Assembly: GCA_012295275.1 (NCBI GenBank)
Contig: CM022667.1
Span: 10,850,001-10,914,000, forward strand
Source: Chrysomallon squamiferum
Lineage: Eukaryota; Animalia; Mollusca
Length of the DNA stretch: 64,000 bases
Direction of reading: 5' to 3'
A program made the translations under genes and the position numbers. Below, one piece after another: positions 44,716-60,077 of the stretch. Under the pieces are notes generated by a model. That model was not told the DNA's origin, searched no databases, and saw only the letters and a program-made list of their open reading frames with translations. How positions within the stretch are numbered: position 1 is the first letter of the stretch; the number at the start of each line of letters is the position of its first letter.

Positions 44716-45752
44716 ATATATGTTTATGAAATTAATTTTATATATTTGTTTAACGTTTTTTTCTCTTTATTTTAATACCTCTCATATAATACCATTAATT
44801 TTTTTTTTAGGACAAAATAAATTTTTATGATTTGTATAATCTCCATAAACAATAAATAGTTGTAAAATAAAATAGGATCATCAAATTACTTTAATATTAA
44901 CAAATGTAAAGAATAGCAATTTAAAAAAAATTAAAATAATAGTACTAATTAAGTCACTGAACAGAATTTGATTTTTTCTTTGAAGGGTCATTTTTTGGTC
45001 ATTTTGGTCACTGTGAACCATATCATTAAAACACAGTCACATCATAAAGTACAAATAATCATTCATCAAAACTAAGACCAAACTGGGTATCTGTGCATAA
45101 TCATCATTAAGTAACTGATGCTGAACAGTTCACTAAAATCTCTATCAACCATTAACAGTGAACTTAGTTCAGTTGACTTTTTTTTCTACTGGTCATGTGT
45201 ATGATGTGGTAATTTTTTTTTGATTGATTGTGAAGTTTTCAAAATCTGACTTAGTAGTTGGTGTTTGTTTTTGCTGTTGGATGCTGTTGTTGAAAGGTAA
45301 ACTGTTAACCAAAGTAGCTAATATATGTTTATTATAGCTCATTAGTGCATCAAAAGAAACAGAAAAGCTTACGAAAATTGTTAAATGTCCCTTTAAAATT
45401 CTTCATTTCAGAGTATGTACATTTTTTTTTTTTTCAGTGTTATGTATAATATTTATTTATTTATTTTTTTTTATTTATTTATTATTTTGCCTTTTTCTTC
45501 TTTTTTTTTTTTTTTTTTTTCATTTTTATTTTTTTTTTTTTTTTCATTTTCTATTTATTTCTATTTATTTTTTTTTTTTTTTTTTTTAAGGGGAGAAAAA
45601 ACAGAACCTTACATCTATTTGCAACCACCATCTTGAAATCTTCCATCATTTATTTCCAACATTAAATTCTCCATTTCAGACTTGTTTATCTACCTACCTA
45701 CCTACCTACCTACCTACCTACCAACCTACCTTTCTTAAAATAGCTATACAAT

Positions 45753-45787
<35 letters not shown>

Positions 45788-45852
45788 AAAAATAAAAAAT
45801 AAAATCTTTCAAATATCTGTCTAAACTAAATTTTCTTTTTCCATCCTTTCAG

Positions 45853-45969
45853 TTTTGGAGAGAAATCAGTATGCAAGTGATGATCCCTTTTTCAAGCACA
45901 AATGCCGCTTTTGTCACAAAGTTTTTGGCAGTGACAGTGCTCTCCAAATCCACGTCCGATCACATACTG
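45853..45969 (+). CDS. sall: Spalt/Sal-like gene, 117-bp coding exon B (first C2H2 finger of zinc-finger cluster 1)
   Basis: Acceptor ttttcttttt-ccatcctttcAG ends at 45852 and donor GTAGGT starts at 45970. Joined to exon A (A+TT) it reads [39 protein letters not shown](G), closely matching the SALL [28 protein letters not shown] finger. It is absent from the ORF track. Confidence 0.95.
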
Positions 45970-46850
45970 GTAGGTTACTGTCCTACCCATTGTAGTGTAG
46001 ACTAGATGTAGACTAAATGTAGATTACGTATTTTTGTGTGTTAGGCGTACATATATTTACACTGCTTGCATGCATTTAAAAAAAAAATACTAAATGTTTT
46101 TTCATTGCCCTGCCTGTTTTAGAGTAGTCTAGGTGTAGATCGAGTAGACTGGGTGTAGACTAAGTAACATTTGTGTGTAGCCATAGTTATCATATTCATG
46201 CATGCATTCATACATTTTTTTCATTGCTTTATCCATTCAATTAGCAAAGTGTAGATTAAATAGAGGTAGAGGGATAGTGGGATGTAGACTAAGTTGATCT
46301 ATTTATATGGGCATAGATACCATATGTTTGCATGCAGTCATTAAAAATCATTCTATCACCCACAGTAGATCAGAACAGAAATGCAGCAGATTAGGTAGAT
46401 TGCTGTAGACAAAGTAAATTCATATGTACATAGATTATGTAAGTCATAAAATACTAATATGCTTTGCTTTCATACATTTTCCCTCACTACCATTCCCTCT
46501 GTAGACTTGAGTAGACTAAAGTAGATTAATTAGACTTAATGTAGATTTTTTGTTGTGTGTGTGCTTCATTTTTCATTCGCTTCACTGGTTTGTTTTTCTT
46601 ACTGTCCTATCCACTTTAAAGTACACAAGGCTGGTGTAGATTAATGTAGATTAATGTAGACTGGGGGCAGAGTGGTTATGTTGTTAACTGAAGTTTTCTA
46701 GTAGATTTTCATGTTGAAAGTTTTAATATGTTGATGGTATACTGTTGATGATACATACACACACAGTACATATAGGAATAATAACAGTAGTAGTAATACT
46801 GATGCTCATAAATATATTAACAATACTAATATGAAAAATAATAACAACAA

Positions 46851-46887
<37 letters not shown>

Positions 46888-48208
46888 TTAATGATAAGTT
46901 TAATAATGATAAAGATGATAATAATAATAATAATTACAACAACAACTACAACAACAACAATAAAATTAATAATAAAAAAGGGTATACATCAAAATAATGT
47001 ATGTAAATTATCAAATAAAAATGTAAAAAATAAATAAAAAATACAACAAAAACAAATTTCAGCTTACAGAATATTCACTCCAAACTGTTCATATCTGATC
47101 TATTTTAGAAATCACCCTGAACTGTTTTTCTCTTATTTTTAAAATTTATTTTAATTGTTTGTTTTTTTTTTTCCCCAATTTATATTCTCCCATTTTTAAA
47201 ATGGAATATAGATGTCCCATTACATCTTCATTTTTTTTTTCTCTTTCTTTTCTTTCTATTTACTTTACTTTGCAGACAAGCACCTATCCACTGCTCCCAT
47301 TTGTCTCCCAAACAAAAGAATATTCACTTTTTATACTATATTTGTGTCTTTTCAAGTTTCAAAACCAACTCAGATGTATACTCTTTAGTCTGAAATGTGT
47401 TGTTTCAATGTTGTTGAGAATAATGGATGGTTTTTACCTTCTTGACACTGTTGGCTTCTTTTAGGGTGTGTTTTGTTAGGATTTAGATTTGGTTTTTTTT
47501 TTTAGTGACAATGCATTGATTGATTAATTAATTTCTTGAGTAGTAAGCATATATTAACTTTCATACATATATTATCATCATCATTATTATTTATACATAC
47601 ATACATACATAATCATTTATATATAAATATAGACATACATACCTATAAATACATAAAAACACAATTACATATATGCATACATACATATATAATACATTCA
47701 TGCACACATACATATACACTCACATATACATACATATATACACATACATACAATATACACACATACATATAAAAACACAATTCACTCCAAAAGTACATAT
47801 ATGAACTATCAATATGTCTATTTCTGTGTGTGTGTGTCTGTCTGTACATACATACACAAATATGCTCAGTTTTAATGGTCAGATGCTAAGTAAACATAAA
47901 GATACCAATTATAATGACCCAGAGAGTTAACAGTTATTTTTCTTTCTGCCCCTCCCTCCCAGTCTTGCTTGAAAAGTTAAACAAACATTTCATTTATAAT
48001 TGTATATGCTGAGTAAACAGAAAGAAAAATGGTTTTTCTGCTAGAAATCGGGTTAGTTTGACGAGAAGTGGAGTAGTTTGGATAATAAGATGTTTGTAGA
48101 GTCGCGATGCAAACACGAGCGAATGTCAGCTGTCCTAAGTCTCGTTTTCGTTTTGAAAAATTTTAAATTTGGGATTCTTAACCGAAAATTAATAATTTTA
48201 AAATAATA

Positions 48209-48242
<34 letters not shown>

Positions 48243-49484
48243 ATAAATGTTGATAGTTTGAAAATATAAATTAGTAATGTTATTAAAATATTTTTAAAAT
48301 TTGGATTTTTTAAAATAATTTTTTACTGGTTCTGTAATGTATATTAGAAAGGTTATTAGTGTTATTAAGTTTTTAAACTTTCTTAAAAGAAAATTACATT
48401 AATTAAAAATATTTAGTAGTTTCAATAAACTTATTAGTAACCATAAACAATTTAAATTGAGTAATTTTCATAAATTATTACTATTTTTAAAGTAAATGTA
48501 ACTAATCTTTGTAAAGTTGTATTATTTTGAAAATATTAATTTACTGAACTTTGCCAAAAAACTGAAGTATTTCTAAAAAAATCTTGTTAAATTTTAAAAG
48601 CAGTACAAATTTTAAAATAAAAAAGTTTTTGCAACTATTTCTAAAAAAATCTTTCTTATTGTAAGAAATAATAATATATTAAAAATAATGCAAATGGTAC
48701 AACATAAACTATTAAACTTTTCATAAATGTTACTGGTTTTAAAAATGTAAATTAAAAAAAAAAAAATTTTAATTTAAAATCTTTCAAATAAAGCAAAATT
48801 ATAAAAATAAAATTAGACTTTTTTTCAAACTATTTTTAGTTAAAATTCTTAATATCTTTACAATTGGTTTTATAAATATTTTTATTAACCAATTTTTTAT
48901 AACAAAATCATAAAATAATATATTTCTATAGCCATATATATTTTTAAAAAGTATAAACAAAAACTTTTTATTAATATTATTTTATAAAATAACAATTTTA
49001 GCAATTTTTTCTAAAAACATAAACTTTTTAAAAAGAACAAGTTTCATTATAATAAATTTTTTAAACCACAGACATTTTGTTATTTATAAATATACCAAAA
49101 TTCCTTAAAAGTAGTTTTCAATAAAACATTTTATAAAATATATAAATGAACAAATTTTTATTCTAAAACTGTAAATTTATATTTTTTATTTTTGAAAAAA
49201 AGGTGTAAATTGCATGCTATGTTTCGAAAGCTTTGCTTTAAAAACAAACAAGGCAAAGAGAACAGATTTGTAACTACTCCTCAAAACCAAACAAAACAAA
49301 AATCTCAGTGATTTGTATGTGCATAAAACAACTTTTAGTTCATCAGACATTTTGCTTTTTTCTCTTGGCTTAAATTCAGCTGTAAGTGTTTGAATAGAGC
49401 TGGAAACTTTAAAAGTTGAAACTGTGTTACCTTGATTTTTGTACGTTTTTTTTTAACTGTGTGTGTGTGTGTGTGTGTGTGCCT

Positions 49485-49527
<43 letters not shown>

Positions 49528-52279
49528 TGTGTATCTGTATCCATTTCTAGTTTTCTTTATATAATATTTGAATATAGTTCTCTGTTTTTCTGTTTTCTTT
49601 CTTTGTATTCTGTTTGTCTCTTGAACTTATATTTCAAATTAAATCTTTTATTTAAAGACATATTCACTACACTTTTAATCTACAGCTATGTTACAGATAT
49701 GCTTTTAAAAATGGATAAATTCTTCCTTCCTTTTTTTCCAATATTTGTTTAATTTGTTCAATTTCCTTCCTTTTCTATTATTCATCCATTCATTCATCCT
49801 TTCTTTGTTTCATTTTTCAATTCTTTCCATCTTTTCATTTTCTTTCATTCAAAACTTTTCATCTTCTTTTCTTCAGTCATTCGATTCTATTTTACTTTCT
49901 TTCTTACCATCTTTTTAACTTATCCTATCTATCCTGTAATCTGAAATAACAGTATCACCAAATTATATTTAAAAAACAAAAACACAACCAAACAACTCAA
50001 CACAAACCAAAACAACTCAAACTCTCACAAAACATCATTTCAACAAACTCTCTTCCTCCTCCTACTAAATCTGCCATCTGCAACAAAAACCGTTCTTCGA
50101 AACAGAACTACTACAAGAAAACGTCAACTTTAAAAAGCCAGCTTGTTTTGATCTACAGCAACACTTCCAGAATCTTTAATTTCCAAAAAAATATTTCCAC
50201 CTGCAGTGAACCGACTGATATAATTTCATAATTAATTATAGAAAAAAAAAAAAAAAAAAACCTCCACAGGTGATCCCACTGCAGTTTAAACCGTGGTGCA
50301 GGCTTAGAGTGCGCCATTATGAGTTTGCTAACGGGTTCTCGGATACAACTTCTAACGAGATTTGACAGCGGTTGTCTGCTCTTTAGATCTGTGAACCCAT
50401 TTGGCCGGCCCCTAACAAGCGACTGTGATAAGAAGATGAGTTTTATGACGGGACACATGCCAAAGCCATTATGAATACGATGATTCGACCATGAAAACTG
50501 TCTCATTTTCGTGATGGATCTCTCAGTTTTTCTTTTTCTTCTGTCGCTTTGCCCGTCTTTATCTACCTGTCTGTCTCTTTATGTTTGTCTGTGTTTCCAT
50601 TGTTATTGGCCCTCTGATTTTTCTCTCTCAGTATGCACGGTGAAATATTTTTATTATTACTGTGCACATGTATGTCTGTTTGTACGTCTGTCTGTCATTC
50701 TACAACTGTATCATTCTATTTATTTATCTTAGTATATTCATATCTGACTTTTGTACATATCTATTTATACATCTACAGACCCATCAACCTACCAGTGTCT
50801 GTCTGTCTGTTTGTCAGTATGTCCTTATCCCAGTTTTGTGCACAGACACACACACACACTGAAATAATATTAAAATATTTGCTTCCCATGAAACATTACA
50901 AACTAAAACTAATTACGTTCATTTCTACATCAACTAAAATTCCTTTCTCCTTCAGATGATTCTTCCAGAAACCTTTTTTTTTTTTTTGTTCTTCTTCTTC
51001 TTCCTCTCGTTTTTCTATTTTTTCTTTTCTTCGTTTTTTTTTCTTTCTTTTTTTCTTCTAACAATGTCTGTTACAACTATACGTGAACTGTGTAAAACTA
51101 TTGTTATGTGTTCCCATGTGTGTGTAAAACGGGACATTAAAGTTAACGGCGCGTTACAAGGGGTTAGATATAAGACAGAACCAGAATGAGCTCGTTTTAT
51201 GTGCGGGCTTACAGCAATGGATTGTAAAATGGTACACTTGAGGCAATGGGGAACATAAAATGCATGTATTAAAGACAAAAAAAAAAAAAAAAAAAAAAAA
51301 AAAGAAAAAAAAGAAAGGTGAAAAAAAAAAAGTAAAAGTAAAAACGGAAATCATAAAATGTCAATGACGCCATGAATGAAAGAAATGACATCTTGTGGAA
51401 TTTTTTTTTTTTTTTTTTTTGTTTTTTTGTTTTTGTTTTATTATTGTTACTCTTTTTCTTCTTCTTCATCATCATTATCATCATCGTCGTCTTCTTTTTA
51501 TTACTATTTCTGTTATTGTTATTATTTTGTTATTTTTCTTCTTATTGTTATTGTTATTATTATTATTATTATTAGTATTATTTTTCTTGCCACCGTTATT
51601 GTTATTATTGTTATTTTTTTGTTATTGTTATTATTATTATTATTATTAGTATTTTTCTTGCCACCGTTATTGTTATTATTGTTATTTTCTTGTTATTGTT
51701 ATTATTATTATTATTTTATTATTTTTCTTCCTTTTGTTATTATTTTTATTCTTCAAGTTCTTCATCTTTTTCTTTTTACTTCATTTTCTTCTTATCATAA
51801 ACTGCTGCAGCTACTGCTACTACTGTTACTACTGCTACTACTACTACTGCATCTACTACTGCTGCTAGTACTATTACTAGTGTTACTCTTTATTTATAAG
51901 AATTTATTTTTCCATGAAGTATATTTTGTGAAGGTACTTCAGTGTCAAGTAATTATTTGTGAAGAAATCTAAATGAAGTGAGGTTTTTTTTTGATGTATA
52001 CATTTTCTGAATTTGTATTTGTGTGAAGTATGCACTTCATAATATAGACATCTGTGAAGTATACAATGAGTATTTTGGTATGAAAAATTAAATCTATAAA
52101 ATACATGAGTATATAAAACGTGAATTATAGTAACTATCAAAATACAATGTAGAAGTAAAACATTTTTAAAAATTAAATGGCACATAATATCAATATATAT
52201 ATATATATATATATGTAAGAATTTTAATTAAGTAATTTTTTTTTTTAAAGATAGCACGTCCCTCCCCCCACTGTTTGTA

Positions 52280-52317
<38 letters not shown>

Positions 52318-52396
52318 TAAATTTTTGTTCACATTATTTTTATTTTCTCTTTTTTTATTTTAATTTAATTTTTTTTTTAACATATACAATAAAAGC

Positions 52397-52453
<57 letters not shown>

Positions 52454-53564
52454 AATAACGTTAAAAATAATTCCCTTTTTTAAAAAAAAAAAAAAAAAAT
52501 TTCTTTCAAATAACTAAATTAATACTTTAATAATACCAAATAATTAGTCTCTCTATGTCTCTTAATTCTTCTTCTTTAAAAAAAAAAAAAAAAAAAAAAT
52601 CACAAAAAATCCCAACAAATTTAATTGAAAAATGCTTCATCACAACACCTGAAAAAATAAAAAAATAAAAAAATAAAAAATATATAAATATATTTTGAAA
52701 AATGTATTAGCCATAACCTGTGAAAATCCATTTTCAATTTAATGCTTCATTACGTAACCTTATTTTGCAAACGTCGGAATTAAATTATTCTTAACAAAAA
52801 TAAATACATCTTTTGTTTATTTTTTCGATCATTTTTTCTTTGGAATTGGTTTTTCAAAATATTAATACACAAATCTACGATTGTCATTAGGTCAAGCTTA
52901 AGGAAACTGAATATTTTTGTTATGGAAGATTAGGACAAACTTATCGATTGGTTAAAACCGTGTGCGTAATTCATAGCAGATTAGAGCACTGAAATGAAAG
53001 GCATATTGGATTAAGACTTATGAAAAATTTTCGAGTGTTTATTTTCTGGATATTTCTGTTAAGAACTTGTTTGTTATGTGTAATGCTCTCACTTCTTAAT
53101 TTTATCTGTTATTTTTTTAATTTATTAATTTTTTATTTTATTTTTTTTATTATTTTTTTTTTTTTTTTGAACTTGGGTAATAATTAGGTAATTATTTGTA
53201 TAGGGTTTCACGATTATGAAGGATTTCTTAGCTGCTATTGTAAGACGTCATCATTATTATTATTATTTTTTTTTAATATTATTATTATTTTTTTTATATT
53301 ATTATTATTTTTTTTATAAGAATCATAATCATTGTTGTTACTGTTATTATGATTTTTTATTATTTATCATAATAATTGCCAAACGTATTTCTTATCATTT
53401 ATGATCGTCATTATAATCATCACATCATTTACATGAATTATCTTTGTGATCATTATCATTCCTGTACATTTATCTGTCCATCCATCCATCTGTATTCATC
53501 CATCACTCCTTCTGTAACATAGATTCATCCACCCATCATTCCATCCATATCTACATCAGTTCTA

Positions 53565-53635
<71 letters not shown>

Positions 53636-54935
53636 CCCCCTCTCTCCCCCACTCTCTCTCTCTCCCCCCTCTCTCTCTAGCTACCTATCTATCTATATTA
53701 TGTTATTAACTTTACAAATCGATAACATTAACGATAATTTACTTTCTATTTAATAAAAGCAATACACGGACAAAAAGAGAATCCATTTCCATAACAAAGA
53801 AATTGACATCACAACAGCTAAACGAAATTAATAACGCCTTCAATATGTTTAACAAAGCTATTGATTACACTTATGTGCGCAATACACATATTAAATCCCA
53901 CAGATAACCAAAGCAGTATTCAGTTTCCATCAATCTTGCCATCTCTAATAGACCGAAACGATATTTGCGAGAATTCCGTGAACACCCAACCTAACCTAAC
54001 CTACAACGTTCGACCTTAGTTTTCTTCGAATGTTATTAATCACAAAAGAACGGGTGAAATTAACGATATGAAATTGAACACCGCAGTTTTCTTGCATTAC
54101 AACAACAATAAGAGCGCACTGTCGTATTTCTGATTGCTTGCCAAACTTGTAATGAGCTGATCTCGAAATTTGCTTCTCCGACACTCGTTCGAGTAAGACG
54201 ATCTTTTTTTCGCCGTTCCATTTTCAGTTCGGAAGCCTGCTCAAGACTGTGGCACGAGTAATTATGAGATGGGAATAATAACAATTATGAATTTAATCTT
54301 GGCGTTGAAGGGACAGAGAGAGAGAGATGTAGTGCGGTGTGTAGTCGCATAAAATGATGTTTGGCCGGGCTTGGGGAAAGATGATTAATAATTTGAGAAA
54401 ATTGAAGTATGAGGAGAAATCCCCACGCTTTCTTTCTTTTCTTTTTTTTTTTTTTTTTTTTTTTTAGGATTTGTCTTGTTTGATGTGTGAGGGAGAGATA
54501 ATGAAAATTAGAATGTTTATGACTGTTAGGTTAGAGTGGGTTTTTTTTTTTTTAATAATTTTTTATTTTTTTATTTTTGATTCTGATAATAAATATTGAA
54601 ATATGTTTGTTATTATTACCACTGTTATCCGCGGCTACAACAGAAACTACTAGTCTTACAAAAAATAGCAATATTTACTAGTAATATGTCTGTGTACAAT
54701 TACTCTTGGTACTATTATTTCAACTAATGCTATTTCTACTACTACTACTACTACTGTTACTACTTCTGTTAATACTACTGCTACTACTACTATGCTATAA
54801 CATGTATTTAGGCAAAAACTACAACTATTACTACCTTTATTATTCTATCATTATTATTAAATCTTTTTACATAATAATATATTCATTTAATAATAATAAC
54901 AAAATAATAATAACAACAACAGCTATAATAGTAAC

Positions 54936-55002
<67 letters not shown>

Positions 55003-55920
55003 TGGTAAATAGAAAATTTCTCCAAAACCCAAATTTCTATATTCACTATAACGAAACTGCATTAGTATTAAAACCGCGATCTGTTTTCAGGATATTTCCA
55101 AGACGCTCGACAAATGTTCTTGAAAAACAGATAATTACTTTGAGTAGCCTCAAGCCTATTTCCTTGCAGTGAACTGGCAAATGTTTGAGAAATGTTTCAT
55201 AGACAAACGGGCGTGTGTCGAAAATAACGCGTTTAAAAATCTACTGCCATAAGGCAACAGTAAATCAGTTATTCATTTAAAATCAATTTGACAGAAAAAA
55301 AAAATAATATAAATAAATAAAAAGAAGAGAAAAAAAAAATGCAGAAAATGTGAATTTCTTGGCAAAATATTATCAGGAAAATGAATCTCCTGAGAAAATA
55401 AATTTGAACTGTATTGAGTTGCTAGGTATCTTTAAAAAAAGCAAACCCCCAAGAATTAGATTCTGAATTAGTTGAGTAAAATTAACAGATGAAATCACTT
55501 TCAGAAATTTTCTGTTTGATATTCAATTACTGATAAGCAGAAATCGACTTTTTAATTAGACATATATTCCCATACAGATATTGATATATACATTAACATA
55601 CACAGATTCATGTATATATACACTAACATACATACATATTTATACAAACATACACATTATAGACTCACACATACATATATACATGCATGCATGTCATATG
55701 CGTATTACGGATATATACACACATACAAACACAGATATAAACAAAAAACATACATGCATACATAATACATTCAAAACACACACACGCATATATGCATGCA
55801 TACAAATTACATACACACATACAGTTTCAGACACTCTCTCAAACACACACACATGCACACACACACGCACACACACTCACATATGCATGCAGACAAATTA
55901 CAAACACACATACAGTTTCA

Positions 55921-56003
<83 letters not shown>

Positions 56004-56377
56004 GCACGCACACACAGAGATTCTACCTAGTTAGCAAACACCAGAAACACAATACCTCTTTAACACACACACAGTGTGTGTGTAACAAAACAATAAATGT
56101 CTCGCAACAATGCGAAAAACCTCCGACAGACAAAACAACCCGCGAAGTTCTGCCGCGCGCGCTCGAGAGAGAGAGACAGACAGAGAGAGAAATCCACAGT
56201 TGAAGAAGAAGAAGAAGAAGAAACGCTTCTTGCTCGCACTTAGAGAAAAATGTCAAATATTATTTTCTTTTAATTACTTGTTGTGCTTCGTGTCGGCAGT
56301 CCGTACATCTGGGTGGCTGCCACTTATCTCGATTCCTGACAAGCCATGTCTGGCACTCATAATCAACAATTTTCCAG

Positions 56378-56418
<41 letters not shown>

Positions 56419-56476
56419 CCATACGAGTCGAGCAATAAGTTTCATCATTATTTAGATTGCTACTCGGTGTCAAAAA

Positions 56477-56529
<53 letters not shown>

Positions 56530-56635
56530 AAAATTGTTCCGTCAGGTTTATTCGTGTCGAATTACTGACAAATGAGGGTACGTTACTTCTGACAGTTGCC
56601 ATAGGGGGATGGAGATGGGGATGTGGGAGGGGTAG

Positions 56636-56675
<40 letters not shown>

Positions 56676-57724
56676 ATAGAACAATTTTTTGGTTACTTTA
56701 ATTTTTTTGACTTGTTGTTGAAAAGTCAATATTTGTTGCAGTGTTTGGATGAAATGTTTGAATGAGCGAAAAAAGGAGAGTGGAGTGAAAGAAAAGGACT
56801 GAAATGAATGAATGAATGAGTGAGTGAGTGAGTGAGTGAGTGACATGTGAGTGATTGAATGAAGGAAATATGTGAGGGTGAATGAATGAATGGAATGTGT
56901 GAAAGTGACTGAATGATTATTGAAAGAGGGAAAGAGGGAGAAATGAATGGGATAACGGTTAAAAAAGTGAAAATATATAAAAAAAGAACAAAATTAATGA
57001 AAGACAGAGAATTTTATAAAGGAAGGAATGAAAAAGTGAAGAAATTAACCAGAGAAAAATTGGAAGGAGAAATATGAATGACAGATGGTGTTTTGTCTAT
57101 AAGAATGAAATGAAAGAAATCTGGGATGAATGAATGAGTGAAAGGAAGAAATAAAAAAGGAATAAAAAATCAATATTATGAAAAAGAAATGAGTGAAGGA
57201 TGGAGAAATAAACAAAAAAATGTTTAAGAGACTGAAATTAGGAAAAACAAGCATAACTAAACAACAAAAACCACAAACAAAAAAGTTAGAAAAAAAAACA
57301 AAAAAAACGAAAAATAAGAATGACATAAATTAACAAGAGTTAGTAAAATAAGCAAAATTCAGTACAAATTAGCAAAAATGAGTGAAATTAACATTAAATG
57401 GTTTCGTGTGTCTGTAACAAATACCTGCCTGTCAGTTTCACTCATCTTTCCCCCCTCCCCGACAACCCTTCTGTCAACCCTTGTCTCTGGTTACCATGGC
57501 AGCACCCACCCACCCTGGTCCAATTAGCCCCGTGACAAACTGAGTAAGTGGAGATGGGTGTAAGTTCTGTTATCGGCGGAAAGAGAAACAGATTTCTTGA
57601 AACTGATTACTGAAACAGATTAGCGAAACAGATTAGCGAAATCTGATTAGGTGGAAAATAAATTGTTTTCTTTCCTTTAAATTTAATTTTTCTTTTTTTT
57701 TAAATTATGACTTTTTTTTTTTTT

Positions 57725-57772
<48 letters not shown>

Positions 57773-58988
57773 GAAACCATAATGGTTTATTGAGACAATG
57801 CAACAAGTTAGGGAATGGTTGTATTCATTCTTGGTAATAATAATGATACTACTACTACTACTGCTGCTACTACTTCTGCTGCTACTACTACTACTACTAC
57901 TACTACTATTACTACTAATATAATGATAATGATGATGATAATAATGTTAATAAGAATTATTAATAATAATAATATGTCTTTGAAACTGATTACTGTCATA
58001 GATTAGCGAAATCTATTTAGGAGGAAAAAAAATGGTTTTCTTTCTTTTAAATTTCAAATTTAATAAAATAAATTTAACAAAATGGTTTTCCATCCTCTTT
58101 GCCCTTGTTCCCTCATCCAGATCTTCCACTGCAAAATATCTTAGTAATTATTACTCACATATCTCCCATCGTCTCACTCTTGGATTCCTCACCATTGCTT
58201 TTCTTACATAGTTTACACTGAATGTTAAGGAAACGAGACAAATGGAATTAATAGACCAGAGTGGCAGTCCTCTTTTACCGTCGCCAGTGAAAAAAAAAAA
58301 AAAAAAAAAATAATTAAAAAAAAATCAATATTGATTCCGTTAATTTAGCGTTTGTTTACAGGATTTTATAATTGTCATATTTAACCCTAGACTAAACAAT
58401 GAAGTTCTTCAATAACAACAACAACAACAACAAAAAAATAGGCTTTTTCCAATCTCTAAATAGACCTCAGACAAATGTATCCGTTTGTTTGTCTTGTAAT
58501 TAAAAAGAATAAGAAAGAAAAAACAAAATTTTAAAAATTTAAAAATAAAAAGAAGAAAGAAAATCCAGACAGCGTTGTCTTTAAGTTCGAGATTTGAAAG
58601 AAAAATGAAAGAAAAGTTAATTATGACAAAAGAAAAGATATTTCATTTTCTTTTTCTTTTTTTTTTTTCTTTTTACTTTTTGAAAAAGAGAAACAAGAAT
58701 TTTAAAACAAAAGGATTTTTATAGTTTTTTAAAAATTTTATTTGGTTTTTTTTTAGATGATCAAAGTAGTATTTTGCAGACAACCGTTTCTGATTTACAG
58801 ATATCTTTTGTTCTTTCTGTTTGTATTTGTGTTTCTTTTCTTTTCCTTTTTTTCTAATTATATTGTTTTAAAGATTTATTTTGTATGTCTATTATTCCAT
58901 GAAAGCGAAATGTACGTGCGATCACAATTTGACACGACCTTATGATGTTTCAGTTCATGATGATGATGATGATAATAATAATAATAAC

Positions 58989-59025
<37 letters not shown>

Positions 59026-59215
59026 TTTTAAATAATAGTATTAAATAATAAAGATGATGATTATGATAATAAAAATGAAAACAATATTAAACAAACAAAT
59101 AAATAAATGTGAATACATAAAAAACAATTATAAATACACAATAATATCTAAAATAATAACTTATACAATTACATCGTACTACACTTTAACAACTATTAAA
59201 GATTAACATTTTATA

Positions 59216-59267
<52 letters not shown>

Positions 59268-59984
59268 AAATATTTTTTAATTAGCAAAATTCCACAGATG
59301 ATTAAATTATTTTTCAACTTTCGTCATAATCCATATTTCTTTCAAGAATGCATTAATGTCTTTATATTTTTTTTATTTTTTTATTTTTTTTTTTTTTTTT
59401 TTACAATATAACATTTTTTTGTTATTTAAACTGAATTTATTAGCAAACGTCGTTTTATCCGCCCTTTAATTTCCATATACATGAAGCGACTGACATTTCT
59501 CTTTCACCGAATGAAATATTTCCAATCACAATATAAAAGATTAGAAAAATTAATCTCCTTATTAATTAAAACATATTCTGCCGATAAAGCTGTTACCGGA
59601 ATTATTACCGGCTCGAAACGGAACATTTTATTCAGTGTTCGTGACCTTTGACATTTATTAAAAGACGGAAATTAGCATATAGATGTCTCCAAGGGATTAG
59701 AGAAATTAATATTGTGATAAAGATGTTTTTAATTACCGCTATAAATCACAATATTAATGAGCTAGTTCAGAGAATGCGTTAATGCAGTATGGCTTATTGT
59801 ACGTGATCATTGATATTGTTATTATTATTATTGTCGTTGTTGTTGTTAATTATTGTTACTATTATTGTTGTTGTTGTTGTTACTTGTACTTATTATTATC
59901 GTTGTTGTTGTTGTTGTTATTATTATTGTTACATTATATTTTTTCCTTTTAATGATTACCTCTCTTTTTCTGTTTGTCTGTCTG

Positions 59985-60077
<93 letters not shown>

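Larger units (their letters stand above)
21403..45852 (+). other. GT-AG intron, 24450 bp, phase 1
   Basis: GTAAGT...tttcAG, with reading frame continuous across exons A and B. Confidence 0.85.
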
